Position numbers and translations under genes: made by a program
In this document: positions 36,001-48,800 of the stretch, piece by piece
Layout of the letters: every line of letters begins with the position of its first letter
Position numbering within the stretch: position 1 is the stretch's first letter
Notes under the pieces: model-generated
Seen by the model: only the letters and a program-made list of their open reading frames with translations
What the model was told of the DNA's origin: nothing
Database searches by the model: none
Source: Lytechinus pictus
Lineage: Eukaryota
DNA length: 64,000 nucleotides
Assembly: GCF_037042905.1 (NCBI RefSeq)
Contig: NC_087247.1
Coordinates: 12,648,001 to 12,712,000, forward strand
Direction: 5' to 3'

Positions 36001-39000
36001 TGAAGATAAATGTCTTGAATAACTAATGTACCCATTTGTATTCATTACAGCCTCTGAATCTGCTGAACCAGAAGAATCCGAAGAACCGGAAGAATCCGAG
36101 GAACCAGAAGGTTCGGAACCAGCAGAGTCCTCGCCTTTGGAACAAGCAGGTATTATTTCTGAAGGTTGCATATTCCATTGAAATGAATCGAGTTAACATG
36201 ATAGGCTACACTGTCTGGTGCCATACACATTTTCAAGCATTCGAAATAATGAAGATCAATGTCTTGAATGAATAATTACTTACCAATTATTTATATCCAT
36301 TTGCAGCCTCTGAATCTGCTGAACCAGAAGAATCCGAAGAACCGGAAGAATCCGAGGAACCGGAAGGCTCGGAACCAGCAGAGTCCTCGCCTTTGGAACA
36401 AGCAGGTATTATTTTTGAAGGTTGCATATTCCATTGAAATGAATCGAGTTAACATGATAGGCTACACTGTCTGGTGCCATACACATTTTCAAGCATTCGA
36501 AATAATGAAGATCAATGTCTTGAATGAATAATTACTTACCAATTATTTATATCCATTTGCAGCCTCTGAATCTGCTGAACCAGAAGAATCCGAAGAACCG
36601 GAAGAATCCGAGGAACCGGAAGGCTCGGAACCAACAGAATCCTCGCCAATGGAACAAGCAGGTAAACCGAATCTCTGAAGACTCTTTTACTGAGTTGATT
36701 TGATCTGAGTTGAGAATAAATGAATAACTGAATTTGTGTTTAGTTGGATTTCTTTTTCTCACCGAAATAATTGAAATGGGTCAAATCAGTCTCGAGACAA
36801 CCAATGACCATGTGGGTTATATCCTCCACCTTTCGCAGTGAGAAGATGTGATGATCATTATGCTACGTTTACGAATTAAATTTCGACTTGGCAGCATGAT
36901 TACTCTATCGAATGATTACTCCATCAAAATGAACAATAATAGTTCCTCTTCACATTGATATGATTAACACTTGTGAAATTTGTGTGAATTCTAAAGTAGA
37001 CTTTATTGGTGTTTGAACCACAGCTTCTGAATCTGAGGAGCCAGAAGAATCGGAAGAGCCTGAAGAATCAGAACCAGCAGAGTCATCACCAGTAGAACAA
37101 GCAGGTATGTCACAACACCACTTGAAAACATATAGTTTGATATACCCAACACTCTAAAAACAAATCAATCAAAAATGACTAGTTAATACTAATAGGGTCA
37201 GCTGGGTGCAACTGTTATTCTAGTCATATTTGACTATTTTCTAGTCGTATTTTACCAGAACATAGTTATTTCTGACTAGAATATATGTCAGAAATGTGAC
37301 AAGACATATTAGTTGCACCCAGCTGACTACTGGTCGAGTCAATTTGACTGATTTGTTCCATCAAAATGAACAATAATAGTTCCTCTTCACATTGATATGA
37401 TTAACACTTGTGAAATTTGTGTGAATTCTAAAGTAGACTTGAATGTGTTTGAACCACAGCTTTTGAATCTGAGGAGCCAGAAGAATCGGAAGAGCCTGAA
37501 GAATCAGAACCAGCAGAGTCATCACCAGTAGAACAAACAGGTATGTCACAACACCACTTAAAAAAATATAGTTTGATATACCCAACACTCTAAAAACAAA
37601 TCAATCAAAAATGACTAGTTAATACTAATAGTGTCAGCTGGGTGCAACTTTTATTCTAGTCATATTTGACTATTTTCTAGTCGTATTTTACCAGAACATA
37701 GTTATTTCTGACTAGAATAAATGTCAGAAATGTGACAAGACATATTAGTTGCACCCAGCTGACTACTGGTCTAGTCAATTTGACTGATTTGTTCCATCAA
37801 AATGAACAATAATAATTCCTCTTCACATTGATATTATTAACACTTGTGAAATTTGTGTGAATTCTAAAGTAGACTTGAATGTGTTTGAACCACAGCTTCT
37901 GAATCTGAGGAGCCAGAAGAATCGGAAGAGCCTGAAGAATCAGAACCAGCAGAGTCATCACCAGTAGAACAAGCAGGTATGTCACAACACCACTTGAAAA
38001 CATATAGTTTGATATACCCAACACTCTAAAAAACAAATAAATCAAAAATGACTAGTTAATACTAATAGGGTCAGCTGGGTGCAACTGTTATTCTAGTCAT
38101 ATTTGACTATTTTGTAATCGTATTTTACTAGAACATACTTATTTCTGACTAGAATATATGTCAGAAATGTGACAAGACATATTAGTTGCACCCAGCTGAC
38201 TACTGGTCTAGTCAATTTGACTGATTTGTTCCATCAAAATGAACAATAATAGTTCCTCTTCACATTGATATGATTAACACTTATGAAATTTGTGTGAATT
38301 CTAAAGTAGACTTGAATGTGTTTGAACCACAGCTTCTGAATCTGAGGAGCCAGAAGAATCGGAAGAGCCTGAAGAATCAGAACCAGCAGAGTCATCACCA
38401 GTAGAACAAGCAGGTATGTCACAACACCACTTGAAAACATATAGTTGATATACCCAACACTCTAAAAACAAATCAATCAAAAATGACTAGTTAATACTAA
38501 TAGGGTCAGCTGGGTGCAACTGTTATTCTAGTCATATTTGACTATTTTGTAATCGTATTTTACTAGAACATACTTATTTCTGACTAGAATATATGTCAGA
38601 AATGTGACAAGACATATTAGTTGCACCCAGCTGACTACTGGTCTAGTCAATTTGACTGATTTGTTCCATCAAAATGAACAATAATAGTTCCTCTTCACAT
38701 TGATATGATTAACACTTGTGAAATTTGTGTGAATTCTAAAGTAGACTTGAATGTGTTTGAACCACAGCTTCTGAATCTGAGGAGCCAGAAGAATCGGAAG
38801 AGCCTGAAGAATCAGAACCAGCAGAGTCATCACCAGTAGAACAAGCAGGTATGTCACAACACCACTTGAAAACATATAGTTGATATACCCAACACTCTAA
38901 AAACAAATCAATCAAAAATGACTAGTTAATACTAATAGGGTCAGCTGGGTGCAACTGTTATTCTAGTCATATTTGACTATTTTCTAATCGTATTTTACTA

Positions 39001-42000
39001 GAACATACTTATTTCTGACTAGAATATATGTCAGAAATGTGACAAGACATATTAGTTGCACCCAGCTGACTACTGGTCTAGTCAATTTGTCTGATTTGTT
39101 CCATCAAAATGAACAATAATAGTTCCTCTTCACATTGATATGATTAACACTTGTGAAATTTGTGTGAATTCTAAAGTAGACTTGAATGTGTTTGAACCAC
39201 AGCTTCTGAATCTGAGGAGCCAGAAGAATCGGAAGAGCCTGAAGAATCAGAACCAGCAGAGTCATCACCAGTAGAACAAGCAGGTATGTCACAACACCAC
39301 TTGAAAACATATAGTTGATATACCCAACACTCTAAAAACAAATCAATCAAAAATGACTAGTTAATACTAATAGGGTCAGCTGGGTGCAACTGTTATTCTA
39401 GTCATATTTGACTATTTTCTAATCGTATTTTACTAGAACATACTTATTTCTGACTAGAATATATGTCAGAAATGTGACAAGACATATTAGTTGCACCCAG
39501 CTGACTACTGGTCTAGTCAATTTGTCTGATTTGTTCCATCAAAATGAACAATAATAGTTCCTCTTCACATTGATATGATTAACACTTGTGAAATTTGTGT
39601 GAATTCTAAAGTAGACTTGAATGTGTTTGAACCACAGCTTCTGAATCTGAGGAGCCAGAAGAATCGGAAGAGCCTGAAGAATCAGAACCAGCAGAGTCAT
39701 CACCAGTAGAACAAGCAGGTATGTCACAACACCACTTGAAAACATATAGTTTGATATACCCAACACTCTAAAAACAAATCAATAAAAAAATGACTAGTTA
39801 ATACTAATAGGGTCAGCTGGGTGCAACTGTTATTCTAGTCATATTTGACTATTTTCTAATTGTTTTTTACTAGCACATAGTTATTTCTGACTAGAATATA
39901 TGACAGAAATGTGACAAGACATATTAGTTGCACCCAGCTGACTACTGGTCAAGTCAATTTGACTGATTTGTTCCATCAAAATGAACAATAATAGTTCCTC
40001 TTCACATTGATATGATTAACACTTGTGAAATTTGTGTGAATTCTAAAGTAGACTTGAATGTGTTTGAACCACAGCTTCTGAATCTGAGGAGCCAGAAGAA
40101 TCGGAAGAGCCTGAAGAATCAGAACCAGCAGAGTCATCACCAGTAGAACAAGCAGGTTTGTCACAACACCACTTGAAAACATATAGTTTGATATACCCAA
40201 CACTCTAAAAACAAATCAATCAAAAATGACTAGTTAATACTAATAGGGTCAGCTGGGTGCAACTGTTATTCTAGTCATATTTGACTATTTTCTAATCGTA
40301 TTTTACTAGAACATAGTTATTTCTATACAATCCACAGTCTCATCTATACCAAAGATGAGGGATATTTAAAGTAATGAGAATGGCAAGCTCAAAAACATAG
40401 CCAGTAACTGACGTTGACGAGATCGTCTTTATGGAATTGCCCCCCTGTCACAAGGGTGGACTCTAATAAAAGTCAGATGAACTCAATGTGTACCAAATCT
40501 CAATTTACAATTTATTTCAGTATAAAAAAATTCTAATATCAAAACATCTGTCTCTGAAGTTCAATTTGTCGAACATATGAAGTCTATAAAGAGAGAACAA
40601 ATAGTAACATTTCTAACGATAAAGACATGTCAAACTATGACTCTGATTCACCGGTTCACAATAAAAAGAAAACAAATGATCCTGTATTGATCGAATTTAT
40701 CATATCAAACTCTCGACCTGTCTCTAAATACAATATCCCTGAAAAGATCCTGCACTGATCTAATCAGTAATCACCAAACTTCAATGTTAAGTGTGTCACG
40801 CTTACACCAGTAATAATATCTTTCAAACGTATCAATCAATCCTTTAACTTTGTTCTATTTCACTTACAATCATAAATCTACTCAAACATTCCCATGAAAG
40901 GATCCTGTATCGACCCACCTTCATAACTTTATCATCACTTATATCTTTCAACTAATATATTTTACTGATTATATTTCAAATATTTTTAAACATCCTCAAC
41001 ATCCGAACTTGAGCGTTTCTCCAAATGTCTTTTAGCTCAAAACTATACTCCAACATCGAACAATCTTACAGATAAGGATCCAAATTCAAAATAACGCTTC
41101 TCACTATCATCAGTCAACTGTGTGGTCATCTTAATAATTGTCTGTTATCTCTGATCTCAAATAAATAAGAGTTTCTGATATTTCTCTCATGGTTATTTAC
41201 AAATTATCTGTCTGGTCGTTTTGTAGCCGAAAAACATCCTTTGAAGTCAGTACTTCGTATCATCGGTCAAAAGTAATTCGTCAATCTCCAAATCGAAAAT
41301 GTCCCAATTCTGAAAATCATCCAACTGTGGAATTTATCCCGATCTTGAAACCATCTAAAATTAAAGACAAAACCAAGAATCTCTCTACGATATATCCTGA
41401 CAATAACACCAACTGGAAGTTATTTTTGTCTATCATGTCATATTATTAATAAAAACTTGTTTGAAATTTGTGTAACTTTTTGAGTTTCAAATCACATTCA
41501 AGAATATTCATAAAGTTTGAATTATCTCTCGCATGAACTCACAAAATACATATTTCATGATACTTATAATCTTCCTCATAAATGCATATCTACTTCATAA
41601 GGCTTATAAATAAATATATAAACATTTCGACATCTCTCAAAGTTTATGTTTGTTTGTTTTTTCTTTATAAAAAATTGAAGAAATCACAAATTAACTCACT
41701 GATGGCTTCTTCAATACACTGTCAAGCTGCGATCTTATGTTTTAATAAATCTTGAATCTTAAACATTCTAAACAATCCAACCAAGGTTAACACCCGAACC
41801 CTAAAAACAATTCAAAGAGGCTCACCTAAGTGCTGACAATTCTACAGTTTACTTCTGATGAAACCACATTTCATCGTTATAATTTGTCTATTCCTCAGGC
41901 GAATCTGAATCTGAATCTCCCCAGCCATCGGAATCTGCTGGTAAGTGATTCATTATTCATTATATTAACAACGAAATCTATAGAAAGTAAAAACTAATTC

Positions 42001-44409
42001 GTTCGAAGAAAAACATTCCACCACATGGAGCTGCACATCCTTATCTTAAATATAGTTCATTCATATTTGTGGTGTGATAAGAGATAAGATGAAGAGCAAC
42101 ACAAAATGAATTCCTTAGGTTGCTGAAGGGAACTAGTACCGTACCGGGGATCAAACCAATGACACTGGAAAGTAAACACAAGTGCTGAACTCCTTTAAAT
42201 AGCGCCACGACACCCGTACTATAGACACCGACAAGTGGTGATGACGAAGCCCTGTATCAACATGGCCCAATCACAGAGGGCGGTCTTTATCTTATAAAAT
42301 ATTTATTTTGGGGTATGGTTGTCTTAAATCTAACAAATAGTCAGTTTTTGTTTCATGCCTAAAGTGATTGCTTGTATTAAGTCTCAAAGACCATAAGTCA
42401 ATTTCGAAATCTCTTTCCCTCCTCCCAAGAAATGACCACGAGTAGTATCATTTGTCTACGTCACCATAACAAAAAAATTCGTAACGTTCACAACGTCTTT
42501 TTTTTATATTCCGGATGGAAATGACAATAAATTCACGTCGACAGCTGTATCATGATACTACTGCCAAGATGCGGTGTTGATGAATTTTGGTAGATCTGCC
42601 ACGAGGTTTTGTAGTTCCTAATATAGAGTTCAACCATATATCAAATACCCTTTTATTTTGTTTCCTTAGAACCTTCTGAAGAAGAAGAAGAGGAAGATGA
42701 CGATGATGACGAGGATGATGAGGATGACGAGGAAAATGAGTCATCGTTCAGCGAAAGCGTAGGTCCGCATACAAAAAAGCCAGGTAGAGATTATTCATGC
42801 TGTGCTTAGGCGAAAGAGAAATGAAATGAAAAAATGACGTGATATTAATGTTTTGATTAATAAGAAATAAAATGGAGTAATAGGGCCTATTGATATTGTC
42901 TTGTTTTTATTTATAGTAGAGAGCAACCCGAGAGAGTATTGAGTCATCAATTAAACATGAAAGTTTTAGTTTGGTCGGTCAGTTTGGCCATAAATTGAAT
43001 ATATTAGAATATGCCTGAAGCCAGCATACCTTAATTTGATTTGATTTGATTTAGTAATTTCCGTTTCACAATTGTACATAATATGATAAACATAACATAA
43101 CAAGGTATAACCTTTATACAAATACAAAAAAAATCCTATTTGAAATGGTCTCCAAACTATATTCAGAAGGGCAAATGTCTCTGAAAGTGTCATAAAAACG
43201 AATAAAATTATTTCATTAAACAATCAATTTTTTGTCTTCGTCTTCGTTGTTTTACAGTCCCCCATAATCGCACGCCATCTACCACTCCCGCGAAGACCAC
43301 TACTATCACCACTGCCACCCCGACCACCGTAGCCGTCCAATCCACCACACCCCGTCTTGTTGCCACCACCCAGGAAGGTTGCCAGGTCTTCTGTCCACTC
43401 TCCGGAACGAAGGTGTGTACCACAGCGGGTGTCTTCGATAGCGAGTGCCTCTTCAACTTCTTCAAGTGTCTGGGTAAGATCGGCGAGGATGACGTGATAC
43501 TTTTCGACGGTGAATGCCCGACGACCCCAGCTCCACCGAAGATCAAGACACCACTGAAGCCGGATTTGATCACGAAGGCCCCTGTCCTACCAACGACGGT
43601 AAGATCACGGTCAACGTTGCTGTACACTGAATACGGTCCGGGTCGCGCTGTACAATGATGCATAGAAGATGGTGGAATTTTTTTCTTTTCATTCTCATGC
43701 AAAGTCACTATTCACTCCAATCATGCACCATATAGCCAAAAAGTAGGTAAAATGTGCAATATTGGGATCATACTGGCACATTTGTTTTGGTTTTGGACTA
43801 GGTGAACCTACTAGATTCGGTTTGGCGAGGCTTTCATTAAAGTTCTTTACATTTCTCGAGATCAGTTATTCAATTTTATATTCCGACAACAACTAATTAC
43901 CCTTGTGGAATTGGGGACGAATGATTCTAATGATGATGCTAACAAGAGTGATTATTTTTCAGAAACACAGAGTACTTCATACAATTTTAATATTGAAAGG
44001 AATTGACATTCATAGCAAGTTTCCAATCTTTCTTTTTAGACAGCAATTGTTTTCAGATACCAAATTGTAAAAGCCCAGAAAGTTCCCAACGTCACCACTG
44101 ATCATAATTATGTATTTCACATCTTTCAAATCTAACCTTTCCTATCAACAGACAAAAGGACGATGTCCCGGATCATGTCCCATGATAAATGACCCCGTCT
44201 GTGCGACCTACACAGCTCTCATCTCTTTCTTCTCGACTCCCCAACCTACCCCCAGCCTCGTCACCTACACCAATGAGTGTGTGTTCCTTCTGCTTCAGTG
44301 TCAAGGCAAGATCAGTCCAGATGACATCATCCTGTACCAGGGAATGTGTCTGGCGCCCCCTACGTTACCCGATGTCGATCTCGCTTACCGAGGAACTGCC
44401 GGACCTTGA
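33083..44409 (+). CDS. Secreted, highly acidic Ser/Glu/Pro-repeat protein with three Kazal-type domains; 19 coding exons, ~786 aa
   Basis: Exons: 33083-33191, 33785-34165, 35216-35287, 35812-35910, 36051-36149, 36307-36405, 36563-36661, 37024-37104, 37460-37540, 37896-37976, 38333-38413, 38768-38848, 39203-39283, 39638-39718, 40075-40155, 41899-41940, 42670-42783, 43258-43598, 44152-44409. All GT-AG; total 2361 nt ending in TGA. Signal peptide MAKFRIVFWLVVMATYLTIICA. Six-Cys Kazal domains: CPSKC...ICATNGRTYISWC...C...GSC; CQVFCPLSGTKVCTTAGVFDSEC...C...GEC; CPGSCPMINDPVC...TYTNEC...C...GMC. Confidence 0.85.
34409..34883. mobile_element. PIF/Harbinger-like MITE in intron 2 of gene 2
   Basis: Terminal inverted repeats GCCTTTTCACACG / CGTGTGAAAGGGC. 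The superfamily is inferred from the terminal motif only. Confidence 0.55.
35790..36665 (+). repeat. Tandem array of four 99-bp acidic exons with their introns (periods 239, 256, 256 bp)
   Basis: Each exon encodes A(P/S)ESAEPEESEEPEESEEPEGSEP(A/T)ESSP(M/L)EQA. Introns 36150-36306 and 36406-36562 are nearly identical. Confidence 0.92.
36921..40324 (+). repeat. Tandem array of eight ~436-bp exon+intron units (last one truncated), each with an 81-bp acidic exon
   Basis: Units start CCATCAAAATGAACAATAAT. Exon-to-exon periods are 436, 436, 437, 435, 435, 435, 437. The exon encodes ASESEEPEESEEPEESEPAESSPVEQA (copy 2 has AFE... and ...EQT). Confidence 0.96.
37150..37357. mobile_element. MITE-like fold-back element in the intron of each 436-bp unit (first copy given)
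   Basis: Begins CACTCTAAAAA. Perfect 17-bp inverted repeat GTCAGCTGGGTGCAACT / AGTTGCACCCAGCTGAC, extended imperfectly by AACAAATCAATCAAAAATGACTAG / AGTCAATTTGACTGATTTGTT. The right terminus is missing at the unit junction. Confidence 0.65.
42085..42216 (-). mobile_element. Degenerate tRNA-derived SINE
   Basis: Minus strand GTGTCGTGGCGC...GGTTTGATCCCCGG (B-box-like), followed by the SINE-body-like CCCTTCAGCAA...TTGCTCT. Confidence 0.45.
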
Positions 44410-46304
44410 AGACAACTAGACACTATAATGGTCCTCACCGAGATGTACAAATAATTGGTCTTTCAATCGTTGGTATAACTACCGCCAATCACCAGTGACT
44501 TTCTACCTTCTTTGTTATGTTCTGTTTTTTTATGTGCACGCAACACCTCTAGTATCATGATCGAACAGACCAAGAAAACTGTCGCTTTATGAATTCATCG
44601 ACAGTTTTCAAGACTTCGAGTACCAACAATCATGACAATGGAAGTTGTGACACTCTTGGCTACACATAGCTTGACTACACTTTTGAACCATGGATATACA
44701 GCGGTATACCTAGTGAATACAAGAATCTGCTTTTAGATGAATTGACAAGAGACACATTGGAAAAGAATAAAAAAATTATTGGTAAAAAACATGACGGAAG
44801 ATGAATGGGTGTTCCTAGCGTTGATCGTAAAGTTAGGCATAAATTTACGACGAACCACGTTGGTATGAAGTGCTAAATGGTGCGTCAATTTGCTTTATAC
44901 ATTAGGTAAATGTGATTGTCTTTCTCAACGTTCATCCTAAAATGGCATTTACTTTTTTCGACACTCTTTTGAAGTGCAAGCAGATCTCCTAAATATCAGT
45001 TGCCATTGTCGCAAAGATCGTTACTTAATATGAATAAGTCACATCAACGAAACCGAATCAAACCGATGTGATGGTCTGCCATTCGATATCATGTAATAGC
45101 TTTGATCGGTATGGATTCGTTTTCGTTGGTGTGGCGTTTTGATTGACCATTGGGGCTGGCCCCCGTGATTGTAACTCATATGCAATACAAAAAACCCAAC
45201 AAATTGACAAGATGAGGCTATTTCCTTATGATGCAAAAAAAAAATCACATTTTGTTTTCCAATATCGTTCGTGTTTTCATGTTCATCACGGTATATACAC
45301 GAACTGATCCGTGCGTGTAGTGAGTATATAGATAATTCACAGAGGATATACATTTTAGTATAAATATAATGTATATGCTAATTGAAAATGTGATCATTTC
45401 AAGTTATTTATTGATTGCAGCATATTTTGAAAATAGTTTGTAAATTACAATATAAATGTTTTTAAATATATGAGAGACTTCCTCGAAACGACATGTAAAA
45501 AAATACATGAATAAAAAAAATGTATAGCTAAAATACTTTCTTGATGAAACTTAGTGTCTTTATTTGTATTGACTGGTGAAAATTTTATTTCATTTCTAAT
45601 ATTTAGAAATTTCAAGAACCACTGTTGATTCAATTAGAACATCAAGAAAAAGTCGAACAAGTTAAATTTCTTTACATGACATAAGTGAACAGAAAAGTGC
45701 ATGGGAAGAAATTGCATGTTTATCACATTGGGGACCAAAAACACACAAATAATTTAGATATAAATACATCAGAAATAGAAATAATGGAAGTACTAGAGGC
45801 TCTGTCTAAGCTATGATTGCCAAAAGATAGTCATACAAGGTTAGTCATGTCACACCTCTCCTCACCACGAACCAACCAACTGCCATGTTGACAGCCCCCC
45901 CCCCCCACCCGAGCGCTAGTCAATATCTGACTGCACTGACAACATGGAATGCATACTAATCAACTATTCTCTGTGCTTGACAATTGAGGAAAGTCCGGTT
46001 TAAAAAAATGCATCTATATATTAAAACACGAGCCACATAACGGTTTTGATATTGACCCGGAGGGGGAGCTGAGCAGAAGGGGGAGGGGGCAGCTGACCAT
46101 TTTGTACATTACAATAAATAAGAAATGTTTACGTTTTTGTACACGTTTAATGAAACAAGGGGGAGGGCGGATGCCCCCCCCCCCGGCTCCGCGGCCCATG
46201 AAGTCGACTATCATGTGAACAAAGCAGAAGTTTCGAAAGGCCCTAAAACACATCCTACTTCTATATCATTCTTAATACAGTAATGCCTCCTGTATCATTC
46301 CTAA

Positions 46305-46894
46305 AGGACAAGTTCACCCCAACAAAAAGTTGATTTGAATAAAAAGAAAACAAAATCCAACAAGCGTAACACTGAAACTTTCATCAAAATCGGATGTAAA
46401 TAAGAAAGTTATGACATTTTTAAGTTTTGCTTACTTTCACAAAACAGCTATATTCACATCCCCATCAGTATGCAAATGTGGGAACTAATGAAATCACTCA
46501 CTCACTAATTCTCTTAATTGAAATATTCTAATTTCCTCCTCATTGTCCTGTGAAACGAAGTTTTCTTTCTCCCTGAACATGTGGAATTACCATTACCATA
46601 ACATTTTATGGTTAATTCAAGTTAGACCTTGTTGTCAGATCTGTAAAAATAGAAATATTGTATAATTCAACAATAAAAAACAAAAACAAAAATAGTGAGT
46701 GAGGGACATCATCGATTCTCTTATTTGCCTGTGACTAAATTGTGCATATAACCATTTTGTGAAAAATAAGCGGAACTTTAAAATGCTATAACTTTCTTAT
46801 TTTACATCCAATTTTGATGAAATCTTTAGCATTATGCTTGTCTGATTTCTCTCTATTGATTCAAATCAACATTTTCCTGAGGTGGACTTGACCT
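46305..46894. mobile_element. TTAA-targeting (Kolobok/piggyBac-like) palindromic MITE
   Basis: CTAA|AGGACAAGTTCACCCC ... GAGGTGGACTTGACCT|TTAA, with long imperfect inverted arms (TTTCATCAAAATCGGATGTAAATAAGAAAGTTAT / ATAACTTTCTTATTTTACATCCAATTTTGATGAAA). Confidence 0.78.
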
Positions 46895-48595
46895 TTAACT
46901 ATTCGTTCATATCTATTTTTAGTTTTGTTCCTTACTTCATACAAATTCCTACGCGAAATGGCTGAATCGGTCTGATGCCACGCAAGTACACCCCCTCCTC
47001 ACCAAATCAAGCTACCCCTCTGTTCCTTTATCTTGAATTTAATAAGGATGTCATTTCAAGGTTGTCCTATTATCGAAATTAACACTTGCATTATTCTGTC
47101 TAGCTATAGAGGAAGAGGGGGTAGGGGTCGCAGTTACAGTGAGTTAGTGACAGACAAGTCTATTATCCGTGCAGTATCTCCTGAATCACACCCCTGAAAA
47201 AAATCATAGTAGCTAGTTCATCACTTTGGAGACACAATTTATGTTACCCTAAGTTTTGTGAATTATATAAAATCATGATATCGTTCTCATGCTCTTTCCT
47301 CCGACAAGACTCTATCTATATCCAATACTTTTTCTAATGAATATAACAATTGTTTGAAAACGTAATTCACCCCCTCCCCCGAAAAATAAAACACACAGAA
47401 GCATGAAAAATACATAAGAACTCTCCATCTTTTTTTGAAACATTTAAAACGACATTTACAATGATCAGACAAAAAGTTCCCATTCACTGAATTTGAACAG
47501 AATGAAATCTTTCATCATTTTATATCACTAAAAGTGGCAGGTTGTGGAGGGAATAAAATTATACAAAATGACACTGGGAACTGTATAATAAACTAGATTA
47601 TTTATAGACAAAGAATATTGTAGCTATTCCCTCAATATCAAATGATTGTTTTCAGCGGCTTTTTTCAGACTATTTTGGTGGGTATATTTTTTAGGAGGGA
47701 GTTTAGGGGCACCTAATTAAATTGACATATTTTTTTCTCAGTTGAATACTGCATTTATGACGATATTATAGTGTTACATGACCGAGACCCCTCCTTCATA
47801 TATTCTTATAATTTTTTTCCCCTCCCCCTTTTATCTCAATATTTGAAAATCATTATTGCCCCTGTGGTGCCGCCCTTGTTGGAGGGGACTAAAACTGGGG
47901 GCCATAATTTCTTCATAAAGAGAAATATGATAAAATAAAATAGTAGTCAAAAGTCAATACTTTTACCTTTTTTCACATCGTTATAGTTACAACATGTACA
48001 ATGCATTTTGATACATTTATCTAACAAGATAAGAAATTTTTCATTCAGTGAAGTACAAAACAGATAGTGAAGTCATCTTATCAGTTGATTAAAGTTATGC
48101 ATAAGTTACAGTAAAATATGCCAAACTCTTATTTTTCTTGATATTTATAAAGTATTTTTTACTCTGTTAGGCCTATTTGATTCACTCTTCTGAGTCTTCT
48201 CTGTTTCAAATAAGACAAAATATTCATGATTTAAGTTAGGCCTTTAAAAATGTAAAGTTCGCTCATACATGTCATAGAAAGAAAACAATGGAAGTAGTCC
48301 CACTAATCCTTTAGCTTTGCGGAGATACCTAAGATTTCCGAATTTGTCAATGTCTACAATCATGACAATATTATTCAATAAGCCTCGAACTTTATTTTCT
48401 ATGGTTTATTTTGCTGCTGGCCTTCATCAGAAGAAACACACGCACGCAAATTATCAACACACAGCTACACCCCACACTCCTACTAATACACGTACCGATA
48501 CACGTACCGTACTCCGATACACGTACCTCACATCCACACTCGTACCGCACACACACACGCATTCAACACAAATACAGTACGTACACCCACTTCCA

Positions 48596-48800
48596 CACTG
48601 GCGGATCCAGGGTGTGCCCCCCATTCGAAAGTGAAGACCTTTTTTGTGTTTCTGTTTTTGTTTTTTTGCTTGTCAATTTTTTTTCGTGGACGAAATCCCT
48701 TTAATTTTTGGTTGAACCCCCCTTTTTTGTTTTGCTTGTCAAATGTTTCCTCGAGATAATATGCCCCCCCCCCTTTCGAAAAATCCTGGATCCGCCCCTG
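48596..48800. mobile_element. hAT-like MITE (same family as 23903-24177)
   Basis: Termini CACTGGCGGATCCAGG / CCTGGATCCGCCCCTG. 8-bp flanking repeats CACTTCCA / CACTTACA (7/8). Confidence 0.8.

Noticed and set aside
36921-40324. CRISPR-like array, or repeated minus-strand membrane-peptide ORFs (MFSSGVVTYLLVLL...)
   Set aside because: The context is eukaryotic and the units are near-identical with no unique spacers. The ORFs are the antisense of the Glu/Ser exons.
40325-41750. Possible decayed LINE reverse-transcriptase fragment (minus-strand IKMTTQLTDDS near 41100-41135)
   Set aside because: Only one weak motif and no sustained reading frame. A Dfam or tBLASTx search is needed.
35216-42783. 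Bikunin-like glycosaminoglycan attachment sites in gene 2
   Set aside because: The acidic region has Gly-Ser (EGSE, GGSE) but no Ser-Gly dipeptide.
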